A DNA stretch of 60,375 nucleotides, the filler included, from Thelocarpon superellum (taxonomy: Eukaryota), in NCBI GenBank assembly GCA_026025795.1. It is 2 parts of 2 records of this genome, joined end to end, with 100 filler letters (N's around TTAATTAATTAA, not from the genome) between each part and the next. Parts side by side here need not be neighbours in the genome. Positions count along the whole stretch, not along the records: positions 1 to 30,147 come from JAPEUG010000207.1; 1 more part is not named here. The stretch is one strand, 5' to 3'. The notes under the pieces were generated by a model. It worked only from the letters and a program-made list of their open reading frames with translations. It was not told where the DNA came from and searched no databases. How positions within the stretch are numbered: position 1 is the stretch's first letter; each line of letters starts with the position of its first letter. Of the stretch, positions 1-13,100 are shown piece by piece. The position numbers and the translations under genes are program-made.

Positions 1-5
1 GAAAA

Positions 6-154
6 AGAATACATCGATTCCCTCCGCTACAAAACCTCACCAACGACGAGAAATGAAAATAGAATACATCGATTCCCTCCGTTACAAAACCTCACCGACG
101 ACGAGAAATGAAAATAGAATACATCGATTCCTTCCGCTACAAAACCTCACCGAC
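6..154. repeat. 55-bp tandem repeat (about 2.7 copies) overlapping the DNM1 stop codon and 3' UTR
   Basis: The unit AGAATACATCGATTCCYTCCGYTACAAAACCTCACCRACGACGAGAAATGAAAAT starts at 6, 61 and 116. The third copy runs into the DNM1 coding sequence. Confidence 0.9.
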
Positions 155-2781
155 AATCTGCGCAGCCTCGCGGTAGGTCTTCAAGAGACGCTCGCACTTC
201 TCGCGCTCGGCTTTGATGCCGTCGTCCTCGTACAGCAGGTCCTGGAAGTACTCCTCGCGGTACAGTTCGCTGACCAACCGGTTCTGCACGACGTCTTTGC
301 TGTAGTTCACCAGCAGGTGCATCACTGCTTTTGGGACTTGGTCGGCGATGGTTTCTCGTACGATGTTGAAGTAGGATTGGATCAGCCGTCGGATGAGCTC
401 CGTTTCGAGCGCTTCGCGTTCGGATAGCGGAGGTGTCGTGTCTTCCGTCGTTGGGGGCTAGATACGTCAGCGCATGGGGAGAGAAGTACAAGCATACGTC
501 ACTTACGTATCCCGTGTTGTGGTCAAAGTCTCGTCGGGTCCGATCCGGATCGTATTCTGACTCTTGGTACTGCGATGCCGGCGATGAACGTTCCAAGGCC
601 TCGCGAGGATTGGTGCGTCGCATGCTCTGCGCGAAGCTGGCCTCGGTGCTGTGGGCGACGTGGCGGCTGCCTCCTGCGCTGGTGCTGACCACGGTCGAGG
701 ACGAGGTGGCGTTGGCCCCGGGAGGGAGTTGGCCTTCTTTTCCAAAGAAGTAGTTCAGGAATGAATCCTTGGTGCTTCCGGGCCCCCCGCCGTTCATGTG
801 TGCCGCGATGTTATTCTGGTTATTCTCCATGCCACGCGCCGCCGGAGACATGCTGCGGGTACCGCGGGCTTGATTCTGTCGGAGCGCTAGGCCTTGTCGT
901 TTGTCGTCCTCGCCTTCCTCATCTTCCGGCATCTCTGCCCCATTGATACCGCCAGCATCTTTCAGTCGTCTACGCTCTCGCCGTCTTCGATCTTCTGCGA
1001 GTGCTGCTTTTCGCTCCTTCTCTTGCTTGCTGTTGATCACCGAACTCATTGCCGCCGCGGCCCCAAGGAAGTTCGGGTGGTTGGTGTTGATATATGCTCG
1101 TTGAATGGCGATGAGAGACTCGACGTAGGTCGAGCTGGGGCCAAGACGCTCCCGCAGAAGATCCGACACCACTTCGATGAGCTTGCCCTGCAGGCGTGGG
1201 AAGCGCGATAGCTCCTATCTCTTGGTCAGCACGGCCAGGGATAGCGACGGGCCGATACACACATTTGAACCGCACGTGTGACAGATCTTGATCAGCTCCT
1301 CGTACACCAGCTCCACGCATCGTTGACTGGGCACTTCTAACATCTTGATCTGCGGCTTGACCAGGAGGTCAAATGCGAGCTCGGGCACGAACAGGCTCGG
1401 CCGCGGTCCGGTGGAGTTTCTGATGGCCGTTCGGATGTCTGACACGGACAGATTCACGGTTGGATCGATGCTCTCGAGGGAATTGCCAAAGACCGAATTG
1501 AAGATGTAGTAGATGCGTGCACCTCCACAGAGCTCTTTCGTGGAAATCTCGGAGGAGGTACCGTCGATGGACGAGATGAAGGACGTGGCGAAACGGGTCA
1601 TGAGTTGGAGAATCAGAGACCCTCGGTGTTCTTTGCCGCTGAAGTGCATGTCTCCGTAGCTAGCCAGCTCCTGCTGAGTTTGGCCCATCAGCGTGTTCAG
1701 TCGCGCCTTGATGTCGGGCAGTCGTTCTCGGATGTGCGCCATGAGCGTGGCATTCAGGCTCTTCGCCAGGAACTGTGTCCCACAGCGGTGGGCCATATTG
1801 CGGTAGGCGGGATGGGTACGGAAGAACTCCTGTTCGGATTTGAGCGCCGCGGCGAGCGACTTGTTGCCTTGGATGTCCTGCTGCGACCGGTTCACCACGC
1901 CGATGAAGCCCAATTTCAGCGGGTACACCCGGCCCGACAAGATATCCAGCGCGTTGGTTCCGTGGTCCATCAGGTCCAGTTTGGTGAGCACGCCGATGGT
2001 CCGGCGGCCCATGGGATCGACATGGCGGGCCAATTTCAAGGCCTCGGAGTTGACAATGTCGACGTTGGCGGGCGAGACGGCGAGAATGATGCTGTTTGGC
2101 TTGGCAATGTATTCCGAGATCAAGGTCCGAGTCTGCTTCTCGATATCGGTCGGCTGGTCGCCGATGGGTACCTACACCCACCACGTCAACTTCCGTCTCC
2201 TGCATTCTCTCGCTGGTACCTCAGCCTACCTTGGTCAGGCCCGGCAGATCAACGAGGGTCAAGCTCAGAACATGGGGCGAGTAGATCTTCAGGTTGATCG
2301 GTTGCCGGTTGATGCCCTTGTTATTCCCGGCAATGCGCGCCGTCTCGTTCTCAATCTCATGCTTCACGTCGAGGAAATCGTAGAAGCGTCGGCCGGGGAT
2401 GTGGTGGAACTCGGCCCACTCGCCTTGTCCTTCGACGCCGGCGGCAGAGCGACCGTCACGGGCGGTGAAGGAGTCATCTCCTTCAGTAGGCACGTTGATG
2501 AGTTGCAAGATCAGGGGTCGCCGGGTGACGATGCCACTGCCCCGGGGTAGGAAGTCTCGGCCCACGATGTTCTCAAGGACGGATGATTTCCCCGACGACT
2601 GCGATCCCACCACGACCTGCACAGCGGCATTAGCACTCTGCCGGTTGACTCAGGGGCCACGCGGCCGCGAGTAGGGACAAACAATCTGGGGTAGATCCAA
2701 AGAATCGTTTCCGATGGTGTTGAAGACGAGATCCTGCAACTTGTTGACGATGCCGAGGAGATCCTCGCCAAGGGAGGCCAT
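137..2781 (-). CDS. DNM1: Dynamin-related GTPase (mitochondrial/peroxisomal fission), spliced, 4 introns
   Basis: Starts [17 protein letters not shown]. Has P-loop [27 protein letters not shown] and ELCGGARI motifs and a GED C-terminus ([16 protein letters not shown]). GT-AG introns join the ORF pieces in frame. Confidence 0.95.
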
Positions 2782-2914
2782 GACGGACACTGGTTGGTGA
2801 CGTGGTCACTTCCAGCAAACGTGGTGATGGCAGTTGAGCCCACGCGCGTTCCACGTCTCCTCACGTCGTTGCCAGGGATATGCGAATGGATGACGATGCG
2901 CTGGACTAGAGTCG

Positions 2915-2946
2915 CTGCTACCGTCTGCTACCGTCTGCTACCGTCT
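2915..2946. repeat. 10-bp tandem repeat (CTGCTACCGT)x3 upstream of DNM1
   Basis: Read directly from the sequence. Confidence 0.8.
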
Positions 2947-3655
2947 AGAGGCGATCGCGCTTAAAGATGGCAATGTCGCGTCGCCGGCCGACCCTTTTGC
3001 TGGTGCCCTGGTTGGCGGAATCCTTGCCCTATGCCGGCGATGCTGCATGTCACGGCAAGACTGGCTCTCGTCCTTCTTACCACTCACGAGCCACGGTCAT
3101 CTGCTTTACTCTTGACTACAGCCAAGCATCCATTTCAGTAATCTTGCCTTGCTGTTCCCCTTTGGTCGTCGGCCATATTATGTTGATCTACTGCTCGGTT
3201 CTCGCGCATTAGCTCTTGCCCCATCCTCTCGCCTACCTGAGCGTGACGAGATACCCCAGTCGGCCAACGCGAACGCGTTGAACACCAGGTGGGACCTAGA
3301 CTTCGTAGACTCGCAGTAGACGTCAGAACTCGGCAGCTTGCACCCCTCCCGCCAACCCTTCTTTTACACGTATGTGCCGACGTATTTCACACTTTTTAGA
3401 CCAGAGTACGCAGCTGGGGGTCGCAGAGTGTGCTCCGTTCATTGTATAATGCATACCACTCGTCAGAGCCGTCGAGGGAGCGATGGCCGGCGGCTATCTT
3501 GATCCACCCCCAGTCCTTCGGATGACGTCGTGGTTACTGGCTCCGCACCCAGACCGTTCTTTCCGACTGTGGACAAGTTGTCCCACAAAGCTCACTCCAC
3601 AAGCTAGCATTTGACAGCGGAAGCCTTTACGTATGACTCTTTCGAGCTTGCTATC

Positions 3656-4500
3656 ATGAAATTAAGCATGAAAAGTCCTCCAATCGCCCTTTTCCACTTA
3701 ACCCTCCTGGCCTTGGACGTCACTGCGGAGCAGCTAAGGCTGCAAGATCCACCAAGCCTTGAGGATGTTCGGGCCAAGTAAGACCTCCGCCATGGCCCGA
3801 TCTGTGGCATGGATTTACAAAGATCTGCTGTAGGCTCAAGCTCAGCGGCATCATTCCGGAGGGTTCGTTCATTCTGCCTCCATACCTCCAGTGCGGCGAC
3901 CGAGCTCCGTTTATGATTGACTCTTCGGCTTGGTAGTTCTAGATGACTTCCATCCGTCTATCGAAGTGAACCTTCTGTACGATGACACGAACAAGACGGT
4001 GCGCTTGGGGAATCACATCTCGCCCGCAGATGTCCATTCTGCCCCTATCTTTGAGGCTCGTCTCGTGGCCCCAGATGCTGCAGCCACCACCCCTTATACC
4101 TTGGCCATGACAGACCCCGACGCCATGACCCCGGAGCACGTCAAGCTCTTTGAGTTCTGCCATTGGATCGCGACCAATGTTTCCTTAGTTCCAACGGCAA
4201 TAGCGAGTCCAGCGGAGGTAGAAAGCTACTACCCACCCGGGCCACCTCCCAAAACGGGTCCACATCGCTACGTGTTTGTCTTGCTGCGGCCCAGACGCGG
4301 TCATGGATCCAAGGATCTGACGAAACCCGAATCTCGCTACCACTGGGGCTTTTCCAAGCCAGGACAAGGGCTGAGATTATGGGCCAACGAGAATGACCTT
4401 GAGCCAGTCGGTGAGTTACGTGAAGGCAAATGTGAGACCCGATGGCGATTGACACGCAGCAGGCGCCAATTTCTTCCTTGCTGCGAATGAAAAGCAATGA
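3656..4500 (+). CDS. Phosphatidylethanolamine-binding protein (PEBP/TFS1-like protease inhibitor), spliced
   Basis: Has the YTLAMTDPDA, EFCHW, YYPPGPPPKTGPHRYVF and final-exon GANFF motifs. The N-terminus is hydrophobic. Three GT-AG introns are inferred, and the start codon is less certain. Confidence 0.85.
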
Positions 4501-4956
4501 ATCCCTCAGATTGGTAGTGGCAAAGCGGGTAGAGCAGGATGCGCCGCGTCATCTCGTAAAGTCACATACTACAACTTTCTACTCGGAATGGATACGTTAT
4601 GTGCCAGATAAAGTATGCTTGCAACAAAATCATAGCAGGCAAGGAAGAGCACTACTCTTCCCAAGTAGGACACCTGTAGGATCAAGCCGCTCGACGTCAT
4701 TCCAATCTGTCGTCCCCATCACGTATTGTAAGTAGCGGCACGGCTTCGTTGTGTCGATAACGTCCCTCTAGCCTGATGAGGCGTTTTGGCTGTGACCTCG
4801 ACGACTTGGCGATTCTCTCACGGCTGGTGTAGGTAATGAAGCCGGTTCGCGCATTAAGAACGCCGCGTACGCCTGACAAAGACTGGAGCTCAACAGAGTC
4901 GACGCGCGACGGCCTCTTCCCCACGCCCCATTTGCTTCCAAGGGACAATCTGATGG

Positions 4957-6088
4957 ATGTCTGCAGGAAACGAGCATCTCAAAGATGAGGTGGGTGGTGC
5001 GGTGTCTTCGCGCATGTCGTCCCATGGTGATGCTCACCTCAGCGATAGGGTTCGAGACAACAGACGGTCATTGCGGGCGCCACGGCGGGCTTGATCTCCC
5101 GGTAACACGATCCTCTGCCAGTTACGCTTGCGTATCTCTAACGGCGCAAAGGTTCTGCGTCGCCCCTCTAGACGTGGTCAAGATCCGACTCCAGCTCCAG
5201 GTGCATTCCTTGTCGGATCCTCTCACCCACCGCCACGTCAGGGGTCCCATATACAAGGGGACCCTTCCGACGCTCAGGGCCATTCTTCAGCATGAAGGCG
5301 TCACGGTATGTCTGTCCTCATGAAGACTCTTGTCCGAGATTCTCCTCTAAGACTTGGCGACATGGTACCAGGGGCTCTGGAAGGGCAATGTTCCGGCGGA
5401 GATGCTGTACGTCTTGTACGGCGGCGTACAATTCAGCGTGTATCGATCCACGACCATGTTCTTCCAATCCAACCCCATGATCCCACGTCTGCCCGACGCT
5501 GCCGAATCCTTTGCCTCGGGCGCCGTGGCTGGTGGTGTCGCGACGACTGCTACCTATCCCCTGGACCTCCTCCGAACGAGATTCGCCGCGCAAGGCACGG
5601 AGAAGATCTACACCTCGCTTCTCTCCTCGATCCGAGACATCTACCGACAAGAGGGATGGAGAGGATATTTCCAAGGCCTGGGAGCCGGCGTGGGCCAGAT
5701 TGTGCCGTACATGGGACTGTTCTTTGCGACCTACGAGTCTATCCGCGTCCCAATCGCCACCCTTCCGCTAGCTTACGGCTCGTCAGACGCGATGGCCGGT
5801 GTGCTGGCCTCGGTCATCTCGAAGACAGGCGTGTTCCCGCTGGATCTGGTCCGGAAACGACTCCAGGTACAAGGACCGACCCGGGCCAAGTATATCCATC
5901 GCAACATCCCCAAGTACCGGGGGGTCTTGCATACCTTGTCAACCATCGTCCGCCAGGAAGGGTGGAGAGGGCTGTATCGGGGGCTGACAGTCAGCCTGTT
6001 CAAGGCTGCGCCAGCCAGTGCGGTCACCATGTGGACGTATGAGAACGTACTCAAGCTGCTCATTGACAGGAATCCAGCGGGAGGATGA
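4957..6088 (+). CDS. TPC1: Mitochondrial thiamine pyrophosphate carrier (SLC25 family), 3 introns
   Basis: Starts [12 protein letters not shown]. Has three PLDxxK/RxR carrier signatures ([29 protein letters not shown]) and [10 protein letters not shown]. Confidence 0.88.
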
Positions 6089-6278
6089 AGACTATTCATG
6101 TAAAGAATCACCACCTGATGAAAGAACCAATTGAAGACTCCCAAGGAATCGTTCACACACGATTATATCATTTCATTCATTTCAGTCAACGTCATTCGAT
6201 TCAAGCACAGCGTTGTGCAAACGTCGACAAGCCTCATGTGACGTTATATAGTGCGTGTTAAGCGAAGTCTAGCAATCG

Positions 6279-6360
6279 GCCCAGTTAGCTCAGTGGTAGA
6301 GCGAGAGATTGCAGCCGGCAACCCATCTCTAGGTCGTTAGTTCAAGTCTGACACTGGGCT
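6279..6360 (+). tRNA. tRNA-Cys(GCA) with a 10-nt intron
   Basis: Acceptor stem GCCCAGT/ACTGGGC with U73 discriminator and D-arm GCTC/GAGC. Anticodon stem AGAGA/TCTCT with loop TT-GCA-G[ccggcaaccc]A. T-arm GTTAG-TTCAAGT-CTGAC. T-runs downstream fit a Pol III terminator. Confidence 0.93.
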
Positions 6361-6987
6361 GATCTTTTGGTTTTTGGCACCTCGAAGTTCTCATGACAAT
6401 GATCAACAGATAATCCATGATCATGGGTCGCCTATCTAATGCGGCGGCGGCGTACGCGCAGAGACGTACAAATAATTTCAGGACGGACTTCATGATGCTT
6501 AGTGGGTCACGCGAAGATGGAAATCCAATGCTCAACGTTGCGGGAGTTAATGCTTGCCACACCATAAGATTTCAGAATGTGCACTTCGTCGCTCGATGAT
6601 CCACATCTCCGTCTACACGTCCACGTCTTTCGATCTATCAGGTCTTTCCTCTCTTTGGTGCTACTTGGTCACCGCTCCCCGCCTATTTCCTGCGTGCCGT
6701 ATTCATGAGGTCATCTATGCGTTCTGTGTTACAGACCCGAAGTCTGAATGCCGACCGGGTGGTAATGGCCCGGTCGATGGAGCAATCACGTCCGATTGCC
6801 AGCAGTATTTCGCTACCTGCGTAGTTGCTGCAATCTATTCTGAGTGTGGCGCCATCTCGATGGCAGAAGCGGCTGCATTGAGCTGGGTCATGGGGCGGCT
6901 CATGTCATTCATACCATTCTTATCCTCATCTCTCGTATTTGCAGCAACGTCTTTTTGAGCTGCAGCTGTCAGCAGAGACAGTACCAA

Positions 6988-8043
6988 TCACTTCGCCCTT
7001 CCTGACCCTCCCTTCTTGACCAATACACCGGTCGCGAAAGGAAGCGAAGACCATTCGCCAATGTATTCTACCTCCACCTTCTCCCATCCCCCCTTCGCGT
7101 TCCCAATCGACGTGAGCAGATTCCCTGTATCTCGATTCAACTTGCAGTCGCCAACGAAAAAAGACCAGCCAAGGATGTGGAAGAGGACTTGGAATGCCCG
7201 GCCGATGATACTGCCTCGTGGAGAGGTCCTCCACGGATTGAGGACATGCTCGCAGATGATGAATCGTCCGCCGGGGCGGAGGAGGTCGTAGAGCGTCTCG
7301 AGCGTGGCGGGAAAGTCGGGCACACTACAGAGGACCCTCACGCAGACGATGGTGTCGAAGGCTCCCTCTCCACTCTCTACTTTGACACCGGCCTTGTGAA
7401 GAGCGGGCAACAGGGACTCTTTCTGTGCACCGCAGGCGAGGACCTGGGATTTTTCGCCGAGTCCTGCCGCATCGACGCTCCGTTTCAGTGCAGGGTGGAA
7501 TTCCACGGCCGGCTCTGCCCCGTAGATGCTCCGAACTCGAGGGGCGTCGTAATAGACGGTGAACCCACCGGTGCCCGGGCCGAGATCAAGGACATCACCA
7601 TACGCAGTCGACAGGAGTGACGGAACTTTGCTCATAGCACTGTCGGGATCGAGCTCTGGAGGAGCTTCGTCCGACGAAGATACCCCAGGGGCTATCAAGG
7701 CGTCAATGATAGTGATGATAGTGATGATAGTCGTGTAGAGATAGGGGACGAACAAATCGACAGCCAGAGCCGTGCCATGGCCTTGAAGCGTATCTCAGTG
7801 ACGTTAAGAAGCGAGAGGGGGGAATGGTCGACGAAGATGACATCCCATACGGTGAGGATATAGTCTGGATCCACCATCAGTGACTCGGTCGAGAGTACCA
7901 ATCGGGACGAAGAGTGTGGAGCCCATTTAACGAAAGGCGTCATTCGAGAATTCACGTGGAGTATGCTTACAGTATACGGCACATAGCAGCAACGATCCCA
8001 CTTCCGCACAAGCTCGTAGGCGAGCAAAGAGACCCGGAGGCAT
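6988..8043 (-). CDS. Class I SAM-dependent methyltransferase (METTL7-like), spliced
   Basis: Motif I VLDLGPGTG, plus YGAEP, FDTIVCVRVLCSV, LLRPGGRFIICEH and GDCKLNRD. The 5' exons and the start at 8043 are inferred. Confidence 0.82.
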
Positions 8044-8375
8044 GCTGAGAGAGGGGACGTGAGGTATTCTAGTAGAAGATATTACTCTAGACGAGAAAAT
8101 TCAGGTCGACGGAATATGTAAGATCATCACGGCATGAGGCATTAGATGCACCGAAGCTAGAACGAGTCCCAGATCGACTCGAGCGGGATATCTCATATCA
8201 AAATGTCGTCTGGATGATCTCCGGACGGGCGGACGGGGTGGCATCGTATCTATAGTCGGAGGCGCCCCGGTTAACGATGGAAGGGTCGGAGAGCGAGTAC
8301 GACGAGTACAGTCGAGTGGCCGAGGCTCATTCAGCAACGCCAATCCTCCGCCAATGAAGCGACACCAGGGAGCGA

Positions 8376-9986
8376 ATGCTCATCCGGACAGCTTCAGCCA
8401 CCACGATGAAGGTCAATTGGATATCAGTGACGAGATTACGCCGATTGGATAATGGCGTCACGTCAAGTAACGTCTCCTCTGTCAGGAGCAGACGGTTCCC
8501 GCAACCTGCGAGAGGTTTTGCGGCCAGCTGCCGCCAGCGTCAACAGAACGGAGAGCTTGCTGTGGATGCAGGCCCGACGGCCAGCGATGCCTTGGAATCC
8601 CTCGAGCAGGTAGCACGCAGGTCGATACCACCTCGGGCGGGGTATCCTGCAACGAAAAGATCATGGCCGAATCGAGGAAAGGTCAACTCGGCCCAAGCAT
8701 TCGCCAAACGCCTGAATGTGTCCATCGACGGCCAGCTAGAACAGTTCGATTACATCTTCCTGCGAGATGCCTGTGCATGTCCGCTCTGCATCGATACGTC
8801 GACCCGCCAGAAACTGTTTCAAACCAGCGACATCCCGGCAGACATCACGTCGCGGAATCTGCTGCAGAGTCCGGATGGCACAGTGCAGCTCCGATGGACG
8901 AAAGACGTGCCGGGATACTCGGCAGAACACAGCTCGACCTTTACACCCTCCTTCCTCCGCACCTACTCGCGCCGCCGAAACCGCATGCGGAGCCGATACA
9001 ATGACACGCGGCAAGTGCTCTGGAACCGGGACATCATGACTTCGGACGTGCGCAGTCTCGACTTCACCGACTACATGCAGCACGACTCGACGCTGCTCGA
9101 AGCCCTGCAGCAGCTGAATCTGTACGGGCTCGTGTTCCTGCACAACGTACCGCCGTCCGCCAGCTCCGTCGCTGAAATCGGGACCCGCATCGGCCCGCTC
9201 CGCCACACCTTCTACGGCGAGACGTGGGACGTGCGCTCGGTGCCGTCGGCCAAGAACGTGGCGTATACGTCGCAACACCTGGGGATGCACATGGACCTCC
9301 TGTATTTCGCCGATCCGCCGACGCTACAGCTCCTGCACTGCGTGCACAACACGACGCAAGGCGGATCCTCGCTGTTCTCCGACTCCTTCCGCGCCGCGGC
9401 CCAGCTCCGTCTCGGCTCGCCCACGCTGTTCAGAGCGCTGCAGCACTTCCCCGTCACGTACCACTATGTCAACGACTCGCAGCACTACCACGCCACGCAC
9501 CCGACAATTGAGATGGACCCCCACCCCTCCTCTTCCGCCTCTTCATCCTCCACGCCCACCTCGTCCATCCCGCACGATCCCCCACACCGGCTGCACAGCG
9601 TGAACTACTCGCCGCCCTTCCAGGCGCCGTTCGAGATCAACACGGGGAGCGACGACCAGGGGGCGCGCCTCCGACACTACCACGCTGGCATCCGGGCCTT
9701 TGCGCGCCTGCTCGACAGCGACGAGGCAGTGTATGAGCGGCGCATGGCCGAGGGCGAGTGCGTCATCTTTCATAATCGCCGCGTGCTGCATGCACGCCGC
9801 GCCTTCGATACCAGTTCTGGTCGTCGTTGGCTACGGGGCGCGTACCTGGACGGAGATGCGTTCAAGAGTCGGTATCGTGTTTTGATGGAGCAGGAGAGGG
9901 CGCAGAGAGCGGAGGGGGAAAGGGAGAGGGAAGGGAGGGAATGGGACGAGGACGGGCGGCAGAGTGATGGCTTTGAGCACGTCTGA
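8376..9986 (+). CDS. Fe(II)/2-oxoglutarate dioxygenase, gamma-butyrobetaine/trimethyllysine hydroxylase family (AIM17-like), intronless
   Basis: N-terminal FLRDACACPLC zinc-binding module, HxD motif (HMDLLY), NVAYT, FHNRRVLHARRAF and RWLRGAYLD. The Arg/Ser-rich N-terminus resembles a mitochondrial presequence. Confidence 0.88.
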   Translation: MLIRTASATTMKVNWISVTRLRRLDNGVTSSNVSSVRSRRFPQPARGFAASCRQRQQNGELAVDAGPTASDALESLEQVARRSIPPRAGYPATKRSWPNRGKVNSAQAFAKRLNVSIDGQLEQFDYIFLRDACACPLCIDTSTRQKLFQTSDIPADITSRNLLQSPDGTVQLRWTKDVPGYSAEHSSTFTPSFLRTYSRRRNRMRSRYNDTRQVLWNRDIMTSDVRSLDFTDYMQHDSTLLEALQQLNLYGLVFLHNVPPSASSVAEIGTRIGPLRHTFYGETWDVRSVPSAKNVAYTSQHLGMHMDLLYFADPPTLQLLHCVHNTTQGGSSLFSDSFRAAAQLRLGSPTLFRALQHFPVTYHYVNDSQHYHATHPTIEMDPHPSSSASSSSTPTSSIPHDPPHRLHSVNYSPPFQAPFEINTGSDDQGARLRHYHAGIRAFARLLDSDEAVYERRMAEGECVIFHNRRVLHARRAFDTSSGRRWLRGAYLDGDAFKSRYRVLMEQERAQRAEGEREREGREWDEDGRQSDGFEHV

Positions 9987-10149
9987 CGCTCCTCTTCTCT
10001 TCCTTTCTCTTCTCTTCACTCTCTTCACTTCTCTTCAACCTATCTACTTGCTTCATCTTGACTATCTATCCCTTCAATCTACCTACTTGTACCAACTTCT
10101 CATGAGCTTCATGACTGATAAGTGCAAGGGTCCATGATGAACGACCACA

Positions 10150-13100
10150 TCAATCCATGTCGCCAACCCTGGCCCAGACAGCACGGCAATCGACCGCGGT
10201 CTTCCTGACGCCTCTCTTCGGATCGTCCAGGGCGCTCAGGAGCCGCTTCAGCACCTGCGCGCGCACGGGCAGGATGATCTCGCCGCGGAAGGCGGCCGGG
10301 AAGAGCGATAGCGCTGCCAGTGCGCTCTGTCGTAGTCTCTGCACGCGCACAATTCCTTTAGATCAATGTCGGGGAGAAGGAAGGAGGGGGAGGACGAGGA
10401 CGAGGACGAGGATGGGTTACGTACCGGAGGATCAACTCCCACGCTCCCCTTCTTGTTGTTGTCCCTTCCCTCCGTGAGACTCAGTAATCTTGCAATCAAG
10501 CTGGACACATGGCTCTCGACCGCGCCGGGGGATTGTTGAATCACCACCGTCAGCGTCTGGAGCGTGGCTGCTTTGACGGGCACGTCGGACAGGTCGAGAC
10601 TCTGGAGGAGGAGTGGCAGCAGCGTGTCGAGGTACGCCAGGACAATTTCGCTGGAAACGTCCTTGAGGAGGCCGGAGAGCGCGATGAGGTAGTTGGATCT
10701 GACCGAGGTCGTGCCATCGGTCAACGTCGGCGGGGCGCCGCGAAAAGCACTGGCGAGTCTAGGGGCACAGTGGGCGAACAGACGCTGTTTGTGCAGGAGA
10801 CGCACGCTGACAAAGTTGGCTCTGGTCATAAGATCGTCTGGCGCCAGGAGGATAGAGAAGAGTCGGGCGCTGGGGTGCCCCCATTGGGGAGAGTCGAGCA
10901 GCGTGAGGAGTTGGTCGATGAGGGTGTTGACCTGCTTGTCCGTGCGCAGGACCAGTGCCTTCGCCATCCAGAAGAGTACGCGAAGAGTATTTGACCCCCT
11001 TTCGGCATCCGGCTCTTGTGAGAGGTGTTCCAACTGGGTCGTGGCCACTTCCAATACAATCTCGGTCTCCGCGGGCGACATCCACTTGTTGATCACCAAG
11101 CACAGCTGTCGGAGCAGCGACAGGCGGATGACTACGGTTTTCTCGGCGAGACAGCATGCAGTCAGATGCTCGAGGGCTGACTTGGGTTCGTAGGATGGGA
11201 GCGTGTGCTGTATGCGACGGCCCTGTCAGCTCGAATATGCAGCGATCGTTGCAGGGGGAATACCTCAGGCCGCATAGCTCCAAGGATGTATGATGACACA
11301 ATCGATTTCCGCGTCTGACGCGTTCCAACCTGGGCCGGCGATTGAGATGAAAGGGCATAGGAACCCCACACGTGGCTGAGTTTGACAGCCTCAAGTTGAG
11401 ATGGTCCAGGCAAGGCCCGGATTATGATGTTGACCACTTTACCCACACCATCCAGAACGGCCTCATCCTCGAGTGCGTTATGGGGAAAGTTGTCATTGTG
11501 CGTGGACAAGTCCAATTCTTCCATGAGGGGTATCACGAGCTGCTCTGAATATCGTGGTACGTTGGGGTCGTGTTCCAAATCTCGATGACCGAGCGAGTAG
11601 AGGAGGGTGGCGAGGAGCGCCTGTGCATATCCCGCGTTGATTGGGGCGTTCTTCGGACTTTGAAGGGACAGGGTCTCATAGCGTCGGAACTCCTTGATCG
11701 GGGCGCGGATCACGGTGAGGAGTCGGTTGGCCAAGCGTCGTAGAAGCACTTCAAACACGTTCTTCTCCACACTTATCCGCGCCAGATAGGCTAGTCCAGA
11801 CTGACATTCTCTCTGATTCGTCTCCTTGTCCTCCGTTTCCGGTAGCGTCGCGAGGAAGGCAGGAAAGGAGACGTCCAGGATGAGATCGGGTCGAAATTTG
11901 GATACCTCCACGAGCGCTGTCACCGCTTCATCCTTCAGCCGGGCCGATTGATGTTCGTCCTCGCCCAGCAGGATCTCATCCAGGTATTGCACGATCATGC
12001 CGATTTCGTTCGAGACGAGCAATTCACGGACCTGAGCGAGGCGAAGGAGGCTGTTGAGCGCAACAATGCGAAAGGAAACCTCTTCCTTGGCCGTACCCAT
12101 GAGCGCCTGGCATGACAGTTCGAATAGCCGATCTCGATACCCATCCAGTGGGTTCTCAGTCGCTGCCGCTCCCAACCCTCGCTCGCCTTGTAGGTGAAGC
12201 GCGGCGTCGAGCATTCGGACCAGGACCTCGAGCAACACATGCTGCGATCTGATGACCCCTGCCTCTTTGTATGCCGTGAGCAAGGGCCCCATCACATTCT
12301 TGATCACCTGGCCGAACGATAACTCCGAGGCCTGGGCCATGGCCTCGAGGATCTGTCCCACCGGTTTCGCTTGCTTTTGATTCGGCTCCCGCAACTGCTC
12401 GGTGCATTCCGTCGTGACGGATCGGACGTATCTTGCCAGTGGGGTTGTGGCCGCGGCCGACTCCAGTCCAAAGGAGAGACGTTTCGCGATGGCGCCGACG
12501 GCCGTCAACGCCTCACTTGCCAGCTCTTCGTCTTGAGCGTTTAAGATCTCGAATTTGATCGAGTCCCATAACTGCGTAGAATGCGTAGCGATTGCGAATG
12601 GAGTGTACGACGCTGCACACGCCGAGATGGTCTGCAACACGTCTTTCTACCGTGTGTCAGCAGAAGGTCGTCCGTGCGTGGAATCGTACCTACCTTGACA
12701 TTAGGAGACGTTGAATCTAGCTTTTCGAGGAGCGCTGGAAACGCATGACCGGCCACGTCCGAAGAAGCAGCAATGCATTCACGCAAACGGCCCTTCAGAT
12801 CTTGAGCCGTGATACCGTACGGATCATCAGGCGGCGGTCGAAAGGTGATGGGAAAGTAGCAAAACACCGCATCAAACATTCGCTGTCGCCGTCAGTATCG
12901 GAGAGAGCGAATGTTGATTCGGTCATGGCACACCTCCGTATGCTCGCTGATATTCCATTCCACCATGACCACGTGGAGCATGGAAAAGACCACCATGAGG
13001 TTTCGCGGGTCCTTCTCTGCATTGACCAAGTCGGTGATGCCGACGACAAAGTCACCGCCCATGCCCTTGAGCGCTGGCCCAGTCAGCTTATCCATCGGGT

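Noticed and set aside
6..154. CRISPR-like interpretation of the direct repeats
   Set aside because: The units are contiguous with no unique spacers, the context is eukaryotic, and there are no cas genes.
4940..5370. Possible TPP riboswitch in the introns of the thiamine pyrophosphate carrier gene
   Set aside because: The introns are short and lack the CUGAGA and ACCUGAU aptamer signatures.
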